DNA of 64,000 nucleotides from contig NC_045696.1 in assembly GCF_009834535.1 (NCBI RefSeq), forward strand, positions 91,700,001-91,764,000. Direction: 5' to 3'. Below the pieces are notes generated by a model. The model made no database searches and had not been told where the DNA came from. It saw only the letters and a list, made by a program, of their open reading frames with translations. Below are positions 39,000-52,462 of the stretch, one piece after another. The stretch comes from Camelus ferus. Lineage: Eukaryota. The first letter of the stretch is position 1. Every line of letters starts with the position of its first letter. The translations under genes and the position numbers were made by a program.

Positions 39000-39720
39000 G
39001 AATCCCAGGTACTTATATTCACCTGCCTCTTGGTAGCCATTTAGATACGTCACAGGTGTCTCAAATAAATCGTCTGAACCAGAGTTCTTGAAACAACCCC
39101 CTCCCCACCTGTTCCCTCCTCAATGCTCCCCATCTCAGGACACAGTGCCACCACCTACCTGGTTATTCAAGTCAGTAACTGGGGCATCATCGTTCACACT
39201 TCTCTCTCCCTTACCTTCCACACAAATCCAGCACCAAGTCCTGTTCATTTTGCCTCCAAAAGATGCCTTGAATCCATCCATTTCTCTACATCTCTACTTC
39301 TACCACCCTAGTTGTGGCCACCATCACCTCCTGACTGGCCTCCTTACTTCTACTCCTGCCTCTCTCCAGTCCATGATAGACACAGCAGAGTGTTCTTCAC
39401 AAAATATAAACTGGATTTTTTCATTCCTTCTTCATGGTGCATTAGTATAAAATCAAAACTTCCAGACATGATCTTCTACTGGACCACCAGCAGCCCATAT
39501 GACACATTTGAGTGAATCAAGAAAACACCTTCCTTAGATGAACACAGCCTAGTGCTGGCACAGGACTTGGTGAACAGAGCCCAGGCTGGATTCAGCTCCC
39601 TCCTCTCACCTGGCCTGTGCAGTTATTCACCCCAACACCAAATACGGCAGCCCTCGACTTCTCCAACCTGACTTTCACCACTTACCCCCTTTGATAACTG
39701 TGCTCCAGCCACACTGGAGC
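39000..39720 (+). mobile_element. LINE-2 relic
   Basis: CT-rich L2-like caccaagtcctg...ttttgcctccaaaa...ccaccatcacctc...tgctccagccacactgg. Confidence 0.6.
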
Positions 39721-40758
39721 AGGTAAATCAAGAATACACGAAAAGGGGAAGCCAAATGCAGAACATTTGGGAAAACCTGCAAGGTGTAACTTTAAGAGTT
39801 AATAAACCACAAGATACCTTGATACTATTAAAAAAAAAACCTAAATAAACACTTTTTGAGAAGCTCAAGAAAAATTTGTGCTGAGGTACTAAAATATCAA
39901 GTGTCTGAAAGATTCCTTGTGTGGTTAATTGGTACAGCCAAATAGTTATTTTAGGATAAAAAGACATCTTTCAAAATATGGACCGATGGCTCAAATTAAG
40001 AGAACAAGAATGCACACAAACTAGGCAGGACAGGACAGACTGTAAACTAGATGACAGAAGGACTTTTAAAAACAGAAGGTCTTTAAATTTCTTATGGAGA
40101 AGAGGCCATTTAGGAAATCAGCAGAGTCCCTGATGAAGATGAAACAAAAGAAGCATTCAGGGAAGGAAAGTGGTGGCTGGCTGGGTTGAATGAGCAGAAT
40201 GTTCTGTTCTACCTGAGTCAGGAAGAAAGGAAATCCTCTCCTCCCTGAACTACTCTTTGAATGAGCTAGTGTAGGTAAGGGGAGGAAAAAAGGGAAGGAA
40301 TAGATGGAAGGTGGAAAAGAAAAAGCACAGTAGATAGAAGAGTGATTTACTATTTCTGATTTGGTTTTTAATTTGCACAACCTGAGAAAGAGAAGCAAAG
40401 TGATGAGCTTCAGGTAGGATTTCTAAACATTTAAGACAGCTATAATGGGAAGCCAAAAAACAACTGAACATATTGACTCTGTAGTACAGAGATGACACTA
40501 CCGGTTCCTTCATGATCTGAAGAGTTTGAACAAAATGATGAGCCCACAACCACAATGATTTGCTTAAGCTGGTATATTATTTGTCATTGAGAAGACGAAT
40601 TCATGCCCAGTTGTCATGTTTATGTCTTTCACATGTTGATAGGAGCTGTTTGTTCAAAATATCTTAGATGGCAGGACTTCTGTTTATACAAAATAAATGA
40701 ATTAGGATACTTAATCACTATGAAATCACCTTCTTTATCTTTGGTAATATTTAAATAT

Positions 40759-41312
40759 CCAACGTTCACAGCAGCACTATTTACAATAGCTAAGACATGG
40801 AAACAGCCTAAATGTTCATCAACAGATGACTGGATAAAGAAGATGTGGTATATTTATACAATGAAATACTATTCAGCCATAAAAACTGACAACATAACGC
40901 CATTTGCAGCAACATGGATGTTTCTGGAGAATGTCTTCTAAGTGAAGTAAGCCAGAAAGATAAAGAAAAATACCATATGAGATCGCTCTTATGTGGAATC
41001 TAAAACAAAACAATACAAAACATAAATACAAATCAGAAACAGATGCATAGACATAGAATACAAACTTGTGGTTGCCAAGGGGATGGGGGGTGGGAAGGGA
41101 CAGAATGGGATTTCAAAATGTAGAATAGATAAACAAGATTATAATGTATAGCACAGTGAAATATATACAAGATCTTATGATAGCTCACATAGAAAAAAAT
41201 GTGACAATGAATATATATATATGTTCATGTATAACTGAAAAATTGTGCTCTTCACTAGAATTTGACACAATATTGTAAAATGATTGTAACTCAATAAAAA
41301 ATGTTAAAAAAA
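40759..41312 (+). mobile_element. Young L1 3' end nested in an older antisense L1
   Basis: [19 protein letters not shown]; 3' UTR closely similar to the 53.4-57.1 kb element; no clean TSD seen. Confidence 0.9.
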
Positions 41313-41526
41313 TTCTGATTTCTTTCTCTGAAATCTTTGTTTGATAGTAATATAGCTACTCCAGTTTCTTTTGATTTGTTCGAGCCTATCTTTTTTCCAT
41401 TACTTTTAACCTATTTGTTAAAATATTTCTTTATATAAAAGTACATTTCTTGTTGGCAATGTATAGTGGAGTCTTGCATTTTTGTCCAACATGACAATCT
41501 CTCTCTTTTAATGGGGGTATTTAGAC

Positions 41527-41693
41527 CAGAGCGTGGCAGACTATGGCCCACAGATGGACTTCATTTACACACAGTCTATGACTGTTTTTAAGTTAAAATG
41601 GCAGAGCTGAATGGTTGCAACAGAGACTGTATGTCCCACAAAGCAAAAATATTTATTAACTGGTCTTTTACAAAAAAAGTTTGCAAACCCCTG
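41527..41693. mobile_element. MER58A-like hAT MITE
   Basis: cag...ggcagactatggcccac / aaaagtttgcaaacccctg ends; 8-bp TSD (a/g)tttagac. Confidence 0.85.
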
Positions 41694-41969
41694 GTTTAGA
41701 CCATTTACATTTGATTATTGATATGATTAGCTTTAAATCTATCTTGTGTTTTACATTTGACCTACCTCATCTTTTTTTTCCTTTTTCCTCTTTTTTTTGT
41801 CTTCTTTTGGATTATTTTTTTTAATTCAATTTTATCTTCTTTGCTGGCTTATTAGCTGTAACTCTGTTTTTCTATTTTTGTGGTTGGTTTAGAGTTTATG
41901 GAATATATTTTTAACTTAATGCAGTCTATCTTCTAGAGATACATCACTTCATGTATTGTATAAGAATCT

Positions 41970-43000
41970 AAGTGTTCTCACCACCACTACCAAAACAACA
42001 AAAGTAGTTACATGAGGGGAAGGATATGTTACCTAACCATACTGTGGTAATTATTTTGCAATATATGTGTGTGTGTGTGTGTGTGTGTGAGATCATTATG
42101 TTGTACATCTTAAATCTACACAGTGTCACATGTCAATTATACCTCCATAAAGCTGGGGAAAAGAGGGGGCTGTGATGGTTGGTTGAGGGGTATAACTAGA
42201 CTGAAAGGACCCCTTCCTCCTTCCCTTAGATTCCCTGCCGGTGTTCCCCACTCACCAATCCCAACCAAAGTCAGAGGGTCCAGGAACTATTGCTCTCATC
42301 CATTCAATTCAGGCTTTTGGGGTAGAAAGCAGGATTTCAAGGGTGCAGAGTGGCCTTAGTGGGGCAAATGAAAGGAGTCTGGCTTAACCCATGAGGTAAA
42401 TGGAGACATTCTCAGAGAAGGGTAGTCTACCAGGCAGATACCCCCAGGAGGGTCCGCTGTACTTCCCAGCTCACTGTCAGTTTGTCAGCCCACTGCCCTA
42501 TCTCTTGGCCCATTTTTTAACTGGAAACTTCAAAGGGGATTTGTTATTTTCCCTTCTAGCCTCCATCGTCCTTTTTTCTAGCAGTAATACCTGCCTTTTT
42601 TTTTTTTTTTTTCCTCAAGGATTTATTCTTCCCCTACTGTCAGTCTCTGGGTGAAGTGGGATTCTGGCCTGCAAGGGTGAGCATGTGACCCAGTCCTGAG
42701 TGAATCAACATGCCCAGTCTTGCTAACTGTGGTAATTGGTCCAAAATTGAGCACATGGTTCAGTTAGAATCGAATAGCCACAGTGAATCTTTTGCTAAGA
42801 ATGTGGGAAAGAGATGGGAGGAACTGCTGCTCCCTTCTTGCCATCAGGAGAGACAACCTTGAGTCTGAAGACGAAATCAAACTGGCAGAAAACCAGCCTG
42901 AGAGCCCTGACTCTAGCTTGGCCTGAAGGGAGCTCACCATTGAACTTTGCAGTTAAGAAAGCCAATAAATTACATTTTCACTTCAAAAAAAAAAAAAAAA
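41970..43000 (+). mobile_element. L1MA-type 3' end (41970-42162) + ~820-bp 3'-transduced sequence with ERVL LTR (LTR33/LTR16-like) + A16 tail
   Basis: Interrupts a colinear old L1. TSD-like aagaatcta / aaaaatctta; AATAAA at 42964-42969; poly(A) at 42985-43000. Confidence 0.75.
42066..42088. repeat. (TG)n microsatellite within an L1 3' UTR
   Basis: Read directly from the sequence. Confidence 0.9.
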
Positions 43001-46000
43001 TCTTACAATAGTATAGTTCCATCTCTTCCTTCCCAGATATTGTGATATTGTTGTCATATATTTGGCTTCTACATGTTATAAATCTCAGATTTTAATATTT
43101 TTGTTTAGTGTATTATAATTTAAAGAAATTTAAATGATAAAAAAATCATGTATTTATCCACATGTTACCATTTCTGGTGTTCTACATTTCTTTGTACAGA
43201 TCCATATTTCTGTCTGGTACAATCTTCCTTCTAAATAAAGGACTTCTTTTAACATTTCTTATCGTGTAGGTGTGCTGGTGATACATTTTTTCCACATTTT
43301 TCATTCTGAAAAGATCTTTATTTCACTCTGTTTGAAAAATATTTTCATTTTGTATAGAACTCTAAGTTGGCAGCTCTCACTGCCACCCTCCCATCCCTAT
43401 CCCACCCTTCTTCTTCTTTCAGTCCCACTGTCTTCTTGCTTACATTGTTTATGATGAAAAAAAAATCTGCTGCCAGCCCTATCTTTGTTCCTCTATATAT
43501 GTCTTTTAGTCTCTGGTTGCTTTTAAGATTTTCTTTTTATCACTATTTTGTAGCAGTTAGATTATAATGTCTCTTGGTGTGCTTGAGGTTTGTTGAGCTT
43601 TCTGAATCTGTGGGTTTACGGTTTTCATTAAATTTTAAGTTTTTTTAGTCATTATTTCTTTAAATATTTTTTATTCCTTCTCCTGTCCTTTGAGAATTCT
43701 AATTAGGCCACATGAATTTGTCTCACAGCTCACTGATCCTCTTTGTTTGAGTCTCTTTTCTATTTTATTTTGTTGCATAGTATCTAATGCTGTGTCTTCA
43801 CGCTCACTAAACTTTTCTTCTGGGATGTTTAATCTTCCATTAATTCCATCCAGTGTACTTTTCAATCTCAGACACTGTAGTTTTAATCTCTAAAAACTCA
43901 GTTTAGATCTTATTAATATATTCCACATCTCCACTTTACATGATCAATTTTTCCTGCAGCTTTTGGACATATGGAATACAGTTACTGTAATTATCTTAAT
44001 GTCCTTGTCTGCTAATTCTAATATGTGTTTTTCTGAGTCAATTTTTATTTGTTGATTTTCTACTCATTATGAGTCCTATTTTACTGTTTCCATGCATGGC
44101 AATTTTTGATTGGATGCCAGACATTGTGAATTTTACCTTGTTAAATGCTGGATATTTTTGATTTGTATAAATATTCTTGAACTCTGTTCTGGGATGTAGT
44201 TAAGTTTCATCGAATCAGCTTGATTTTTTAATGTCTTCCTTTTAAAATTTGTTAGGCAGGACCAGCTCAGCATTTAGTTCAGGGCTAATTATTCCCCAAT
44301 ACTGATTCAGGACCCTTCTGAGAAGTCTCCCCAGTGCCCTGGGAATTATAGGTTTTCTGGTCTGGCTGGTGACAGCAGGCATTATTATCTGCCTTGTGGA
44401 AGCATCTGGTACTCTTCTCTCTAATCCTTTCAGATGGGTCTCTCTGGCTTTGGGTAGTTTCCCCATATATATGCACTGATCATACATATACTTAAGGGAG
44501 ATCTTTGCAAATATCCAGCATTCTTTGTGCAGCTCTCTCCTAAGAACACTATTCTGTGAATTTTAGCCAGTTTGATCTCTCTGGACTCTTAGTAATGTCT
44601 CCTCAACAGAGAATCTGCCAAATTCCACCTGGATTCCCACTCCCTGCATCATGGCCTTAATTTTTTTTTCAAGGCACTATGTCAGGGCAATCATGGGTTA
44701 CCTTGTTTATTTTCTACCTCCAAGAATCACTGTCCTTCACTGACTGATGTCCAGTATCTTAAAAACATTGCTTTCTATCTTTTCTCCAGTGTTTCAGTTG
44801 TTTTAGAAAGGAGAGTAAATCTGGTTCCTCTTAGTCCATCTAAGCTGAATACAGACATTTTGGACTTTATATTTAGCTCTCATTTTTTAAAGAGGGGAGT
44901 GGCATCAGTTCTCATTTCCTAGCTGTATAACTTTGGTAAATTACCTAACTTCTCTGATCCTTATATTTTTCCATGTGCAAATAGGAATAATAGTGTTATA
45001 ATGATTAAAATTACATTGATGAGAGGCATTCAGCACAAGGCTTGGCATATGGTAAACACTCTAATAATGGAGACTATTTTTATTATCTAGATTAAGGGTT
45101 TAAATCAGATGACATCTGCAGGCTATTCCAGACCTAAATTTTTATGATTTTATTAATTCAGTTTTGAAAATTACATCGCATAATTTAAAAAACTAAAGTG
45201 TGCCCACAATATTCATTTTAGCTGTGTATTTATTATACATAAATGAAAATTGAAATTTGTAAATGACAATTTTATCCCTGTCAAATTTTATTTTACAAGT
45301 TGTCCTTTTAAATTTCACTGAAATACATTACGAATTATTAGGCCATTTGGTTTTTCCATTTTGAAGAAGAATTTAAGATTTTTTTTTTGCCTCCCCCCCT
45401 CAGTGCTAGAATTGTTTCTTAAAGTAAACTTTTTCTCTCTGTATTTTTACTATCAATCCATTTGCTTAGCCAGGAAGTAAGTTTTGTTTAACTATTGGTT
45501 TCTAAAAACTCTATGTACTTTTACAACGGGGGCAATAGTATAATTTTAAAATGTTCCATGATGTGATACCTTAGTAATAATCTATGAAAATATTTGGTTG
45601 GAATTTGTTTATGGCACTGCAAAGTTATAGTAAGAGACTACCATTTATTGTAAGCATTCTGGCTATAGATTTTTTAATCACAACATTTTAGCTGAAAAGT
45701 AACACCACTTCATTTGGAGCCAGTTTTAAATGTTCAGCATGCACATTAACTTGCTTTCCTCACATCAGAACAATACTTGAAATAAACAAAAATCCATGAC
45801 AATTAGTAAATATGCAGTTATTTTAAAATGTGCCATCCTTGTTGCATAGCAACTATTGATTCTATTATGTTCTTTTTATATACTCTAAAATAATTAAGCA
45901 CAGGCACAAATTGCTATCTACTTTTTTTTGAATGTTAAAAGCGTTTAAGTTACGAAGTTTATTCTTATATGTGTATCATATATTTGTAAAGGGAACATTT

Positions 46001-46309
46001 CATTCCTACGCAGAGGCACAGTGACCCAAGAAAGAGACAACAATGTCATATTAGTGATTCTTCTTTCTCATGAGAGGACTTTCAGGGAACTTTTTATTCA
46101 TAGTCTCAGTAACTAACAACCAAGCATAACTGGCATTTGTTGACTTTATTGCTCTGGATCTTGATTTACTGCTAAGCTAAATGATGAGATCTATTAACAA
46201 GAAGTCATGCCCTTTCAACAAAATGAAATGTCCATTTTTATTACAGAGAATTATACAGGCCAAAATACATCTATGATATAATTAATCTATTAGAAAGATA
46301 TCATGGTCT

Positions 46310-46462
46310 TTTTTTTAGCATTTTATTTCATTAATTTTTTTTTGAGGGAGGAGGTAATTAGGTTTATTTATTTATTTATATTTGGAGGAGGTACTGGGGA
46401 TTGAACCCAGGACCTTGTGCATACTAAGCATGTGCTCTAGCACTTAAGCTATAGCCTCCTTA
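46310..46462 (-). mobile_element. tRNA-derived SINE (camelid vic-1 type)
   Basis: A-box tagcttaagtg, B-box ggttcaatcc, tail taaacctaattacctcc; degenerate TSD tcatggtctt / tcgtggtttt. Confidence 0.88.
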
Positions 46463-48346
46463 CTTCGTGGTTTTAATAAGAGCTTAGAGAATCTTACATA
46501 GGTTTATTTTCAGTAACAAATCAACTTAGTATAAAGGAAGAACCTAAAACTTTTAGATGGTCAGATGCTGCATTAGCACTTCAGGGATGGGCACAGTGAG
46601 CAGCAGTACTAGACCCTAGCAGTACTAGGGTCATGAATGCAGAGATTCCACATGTAGATTATATCTGAAGGTTCTTGGTGGGTGTGACCATGGAGATGAG
46701 GAACTTCTTACATAAGCAAACGCAAAAAAGTTCACTCTGTCAATCTAAGAGGAGCTCAGGAGCTTGAGGGAAAGGAAAGATCTGTGAATCTCCAACCACA
46801 TTAATTCCATCAGTGAAATTCCTGAGTCAAAATATGGGACATTTACAATATCTATATATATTACTGCCAAGCTTCCCTCCAAAAGATTGCTGTAATTTTC
46901 AGTCCCTTAAACAGTTAAGAATGAAAGACTATCTCATTAGACTTCACTACAACGTAAAACTGAAGTAGTAAAAAATAATCTCTGATTGCTTTAATTTGAA
47001 TTTTTTTGATTGCTAGTTAGGTCGATCATCTTTTCATATTTTTAAACATGGATTGGTAAGTATCGGGGAAGTGAATAAGAACAGACTAGCCAAATGAATA
47101 CACTGAGGCTAAAAAAAATTAAAAAGAAATAAAGAAGTGTGGGCTTTAGAGAAGCAGGAAAAGAAAAAGCCTATGCTACAAAATAAAACAAAATAGTAAT
47201 GAGACACTTAAAGCAACTTCAATCCATACTCTCAAATTTTAATTGTTGCCTATATGGAACTGTCACTATAGTGATCATTTTTGTTATCGCCTGAATGTGC
47301 TGTCCCCAAAGGACAAGGGAAGGAGGGCTGATTTATACTCAGTACTGGCTGAGTATGACCAACTGTGTGAAGACCGGAAGTGAAAGTGATAAATTTAGAA
47401 TTGACCTGATCCAGCAACAATACCTAAAGGATTTCAATCTGTGGATAGCAGAGTGGGGGATTCCAGGTGAAGATGTTAGTTTGAAGGCAGCTACCACTGG
47501 TTGCTTGAGGTTACAAGTTATAGGGTCTAGTCACCAAGGAGAAGAATCCGATTACCAAATAGGTTGTCAGGGCTTCCGTCAAACAATCTGAATTTCAGAA
47601 GCCAGCTCTAGTTCTAGATGCAAGTTAAGGCATAATCAGAAAACCAAGACAGGAGGCTAGAGCTAGGGATAGGTGCTGGGAGGGGACGAGAAAACGGCGG
47701 GGAGGTTTTGACTCAGTGTGCACCATAAGGCCTAGAGATCAATCAGGAAGTATCAGAAGTTGATGACAGGGAGATGATGTCTCTACCTCCACGACTAGAG
47801 CTGTGTGCATGGCCTGAGAAGGCAGGGGCTAACAATTTAAAAAATATGATTTGTATTCTTTAAAATGATGAAAGCAACACACATTCATTGTTGAAAATTT
47901 GAAAAATATAGACAAGCCCAAAGGCAAAAATCAATGTAATTTTTTCATACTCTAAGAACAAACATTTTCTTTGTAAGTAGTGAGCTAAATATTTATTCAT
48001 TTTATTTGCCAAAAGTTCATACCTGAATAATTTTAAGTCAATTTTCATTCTCTTATATTATTTTCTTAAAAGCAGAGAAATTATAAGAATGAATTAATAT
48101 TCCCCTGCTTTTAGGATGTGGTCAAATGCAGATTCTGTCACTTTATGGGAAAAAAATGTAAATATTTATAAGTAAAAATTACACTTTTACATGAGAATCA
48201 AGAGGTATCTTCATCTTACATAATTTCAAATTATATTTTTATCTTTTTATTTCCCATTTGTTGTCTAATATTTTTGAAAACACATATATCATAAGCATGT
48301 TTGGTCTAGGAAATTCCAGAAAGAATCAAAAAAGTGCATAGAAGCA

Positions 48347-48478
48347 GGGAGGGTGTAACTCAGCAGTACAGTACCTGCTTAGCATGCATGAGGTCCTGGA
48401 TTCAATCCCCAGTACCTCCATTAGAATAATAAAAAAAATAAGTAAACCTAGTTACAACCCCCCCAAAAAAGTTTTTTT
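48347..48478 (+). mobile_element. tRNA-derived SINE (camelid vic-1 type)
   Basis: gggagggtgtaactcag...gtcctggattcaatccccagtacctcca; TSD aaaagtgcatagaagca / aaaagtgtgcctagaagca. Confidence 0.88.
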
Positions 48479-48586
48479 AAAAGTGTGCCTAGAAGCAAAT
48501 AAATCTATCTGAAGTAGTCTGATAAATGGACAGAATTTTTAAAAAGCAAGTAAGACACATTCTGCTGAAAGCCACATTATTGTTAC

Positions 48587-48680
48587 CTTCTCCCTCCAGT
48601 TATCATCATTCAACAGCTTCTGTCTAAGGGTTTCCTGTAGCTGCTCGATGCTTTTCTGATGTGAAATTAGCATCGATTCC
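48587..48680 (-). CDS. LEKR1: LEKR1 internal coding exon (94 nt; 1 nt + ESMLISHQKSIEQLQETLRQKLLNDDNWREK)
   Basis: Acceptor tggttttcag|G, donor AAG|gtaaca. Open E/K/L-rich coiled-coil frame. Ends phase 0, matching the next exon. Confidence 0.9.
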
Positions 48681-50149
48681 CTGAAAACCATAAACACAAC
48701 AGATGAGTCAAGAGTCACCGCTAACACTCTTCTTAAGTTGTAGTTCCTGCGTCAGAGAATATTATTTCACAACTCAGTCTGTTTATTCTCTTCAGCAATA
48801 AATATATGCTGCTATTATATATCCTTTTAACTGTTGTTAACAGCTATTTAAAAACACTGCCAACAAGGTAAGTATTTTCTTAGGTTTAATTTTTGCTTAA
48901 TAAGTAATACTATTATTTTTGCTTGAAATAGTAACAACATATGTAGAGTCACAAAAATAGTAAAATATCATACACTGTGGTTCCAAAGTTTATGACTAAA
49001 TTCTAGCACTAGACAATATTTTGTTTCTTTAAAAAAGGAAAATATGTTGGGATATGCCACAAAATCAGCACGTTTGTGGTTCCTGCTAGATTTATTTTTC
49101 TTTTATTTATCTCAAATGCTGATAGGGAAAAAACTGAATTAAGTAGAGGGTAAAGTCTGAGATGCTATATGGTACAAAACGTACTAGAAAATAGAAAACA
49201 CAAAGAACAATTTAATCCACGTAATTGGATCTTAAAGCTTAGTTTGTGATCCTCCAGGTGGAAGTAAGAGTGATAGGCTCACGAGAACATTTCACAGGGG
49301 CATTGGAATTGAGCCTTTAAATATCACAAATCGTGGCAAAAGCATGCCTGTTGATCAGGGCTTCCCCCCGCCCCCTACTTATAATCACCATGACCCTTCT
49401 CATTTTCTATGTAGGTGATTCCTCCCTATTGCTTATTCCTGTTTCTAAACCCTTTGTTTTCCATCATCACCCTCTTCCCTTTAGCTCTGACCCCTTTTCT
49501 GAAACTTGTGACTTTCATTTATAACTGCCTGTTAGACATCTCCACCCTAATGACTCACCAACAGTAAAGATTCCACATGTCAAAACACAAACTCATCATC
49601 ATCTTCTGCAGTTTGCCTTTCCTTTTGACTTCTGAAACCTTCAAAAGTCAGAATCTTTAGCTTAAAATCCCTGAGTCATCTCTGACTCTTCCTTCTTGTT
49701 TTACTACATCCATTCAATAACAAGTTCTAAATATTTTGCTCCTTGGTGCACCTCAAATTATTTCCTCCCTTCCTTTCCCACTACCAACAGTTAAGGTTCT
49801 TGACTTTATTTCCCACCTAGAGTATTGTAATAGACTCTCAATCTATTTATTGATCTCTATCCTAGTCTCACTTTTGCAATATTATTAAACATTTTCTTAC
49901 CATAATAAAAACCGTGTCTATATTTCTAGGTTAGAAAATTTTAAGGACCCAAATATAAGACACATTTGACTTGGTAACCAGGATTATGAATAGCATTTGA
50001 GGGAAAATGATTGAAAAGAACAAAACTTCCCAGACTTTTTCTCCCCAGAAGTGTGTCAGACTAGTTACCTTGACAACTTTCCTACTGAAAATAAGTATTT
50101 TTTTTCTTATTAAAAAAAAAATCTTAAAATTCATCAGTGATCTGGACAA

Positions 50150-50400
50150 AAAAATGAAAAAGACTCAGGGAACAAAAATCAAGTGAAAACAGAAAAATGT
50201 TATCAGTGGAAAACTAGTGAAATCTGAAAAAAGTGTATAGGTTAGTTAATGATATTATACCATGTTAATTTCTTAGCTTTTACAAATGTGCCATGGTTAT
50301 GAAAAATGGGCCAAAGGGAAACATAAACTCTCTGTACTGTCTCGGTAAATTTTCTGTTAATGCAAAATTATTCTAAGCTAAAGTTTTTTAAAAATGAAGT
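50150..50400 (+). mobile_element. L1MC-like 3' end fragment
   Basis: ttagttaat..tattatacca.tgttaatttcttag...ctctctgtact pattern. Confidence 0.6.
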
Positions 50401-51885
50401 GGAAAGAAGAATACCAACAGTAAGCAGAGCACTGAAGCCAAATATCACCGTGAAGGTACTTTCCAAATTTGATGAATCTGAGCTTTAAAAATTTCACAGC
50501 CATGAAGGGCACTGGAGTCAGGAGAGAAGGAAGAATCTAAGAGGAAACTCATCTGCATAAAACTGCATCTCAAAGAGTGATACATGCAGTATGTCATTTT
50601 TGTCATACTATATGTCAGAATATGAAATTCCCACCTAGTGTGTATAAAATACAAATAACACCTCCACTCAAGGAACAAAAAGGAGATTACTGGCTTTGAA
50701 TTCTGGTGCTAGGTAGAGGGGGAAATACAAATCTCCCACGAGAATTTGTAAACACAAGCCAATCCTAAAGCAGGTTTGTATCCTGAATTCACATTACCTG
50801 AGTGGCCCAAAAAGCTTCATATTAAGAAGATACCTTAACATGGTGTTAGGTTAACCTTGCCTCCAGATGCCTGGTAGGAAAAACACCAGTATTTTGGGGG
50901 AGAAATCTATCTTCAACCTGAGACTTAAAGAATTCCTACAGATAAGGATTCAAGACCTATGACATCATAAGTTTTAAAATCACAAAATTATTTTTTAAAA
51001 AAGTCAGTAAGAGGAAGAATGAGCAGACACAAATGATAGTATAATCAAACTCACAAATTCTAAAGTATTGAATTTTCAGATATAGAATATGAAATAAGAA
51101 TGTTCAACATGTTGGAAGAAATAAAATATTAATTTAAATGACTAATGAAATCTGAAAAGATCAATTGAACTTGTAGAAATAAAAATATAATAATTGAAAT
51201 GAAAAGCTCAGTAGATGGTCCTATAGCATATTATTCACAGCTAAAAAATGAAGTAAACTGAAAGGGAGATTCAAAGAGATTATACAGGCTGCAGTACATA
51301 AAGTCAAAAATATGGAAAATATAAAAAAGAGGTTGATACATGGAGGGTAGAGGGAAAAGATCTAATATTTATCTATTTATCATTTCAGAAGCAAAGGAGA
51401 GAGAAAGGAGAGGAAGGATATTACAAATGAAAAACACCAACCCACAAATCTAGGAAGCCCAAAGGATTCCAAGCAAGATAAGTAAAAATAAATCTCATAA
51501 CTCAGCACTTGGTAGTGGAAATGAAGAATATCAAAGTTAAAGAGATCTTAAAAGAAGCTGGAAAGAAAAAAACCCAGATTAACTTCAGGAACCCAAACAT
51601 ACTGAAAACTTACTCTCCAAAAGAAACAAAGGAGGCCAAAGACAGCAAAATAATATATTCAAAGTCCTGTGAGAAAATAACTGTCAATCTGAAGTTGGGT
51701 ACCCAGCAAAACCATCTTTCAGAATGAGGCTGAAATTAAATATGCTCAGAATAATAAAATCTGAGTGTTTACTACTAGCTAAAGGACTTCTAAAAAAATG
51801 CCTTTTGCAGAAGGAATATGATCTCAGAAGGAAGGCCAAGCATGCAAGAAAAAATGGTAAGCAAAGAAACTGGCAAGCACACAGG

Positions 51886-52462
51886 CAGGGAGGGCATCTT
51901 GGGCATGTGATCAGGACAGTGTACAGGGCTCGTGTTCCAAAGGGGTCCCTGCACCTCAGGCTTAATGCTCTGTGGCCACCACTGAGAATTCTTAATCATT
52001 TTATCTTTGAATCTGTGTTTTGTAAGTGAGGTCTGCTGGGACAATCAAGTATGTGCCAGGGGTTTGGAGCCTTGGCTCACACAGTCCTACCTCCCACCAC
52101 CTCCCTGCTTCCCCAGGATGGTTCTCAAACCTCTGCTCCCTGACCCTTGCCCAGCATTTGCTGCCATCCTCCGCTTCCAGTGGGGATGCAGACCTGGGCG
52201 CGGGCATAGGGAGGGCTGGGTCTCCCATGTGTGCTCCCTTTGCTGAGTCTGGGGCAGGGCCTTGGTACCTGTGAGAACCTGCACCCATTCTACGATTTCT
52301 CTGTGCCCAAGGAAGCACAAGATTCAACAGCAAACAAACAAAAATACCATGATAGGCTGAGAGATAGTGAAGGAAAAGAAAAAGCTGCTTTTTAGTTTTC
52401 TAAACAAGGGGCCCCACATTTTCATTTTGCACTAGGCCTTGAAAATTACGTAGCCAGCCCTG
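51886..52462 (+). mobile_element. MER45C-like hAT-Tip100 element
   Basis: CAGGG...CCCTG termini, aacaaggggccccacattttcattttgcact end, GC-rich interior, decayed TSD cacacagg / catgtagg. Confidence 0.8.

Larger units (their letters stand above)
40700..44850 (-). mobile_element. Ancient L1M relic (ORF1/5' region), interrupted by a young L1, MER58A and a transduction insert
   Basis: ORF1-like KSTLDGINGRLNIPEEKFSE.ED (ORF 43671..43865); sequence is colinear across the insertions. Confidence 0.75.

Noticed and set aside
48347..48420. tRNA gene-like A/B boxes (also ~25600 and ~46400)
   Set aside because: SINE heads with tails and TSDs, no intact cloverleaf.
51886..52462. GC-rich patch with several overlapping ORFs, suggesting a promoter or exon
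   Set aside because: Explained by a MER45C-like hAT element; few CpGs remain.
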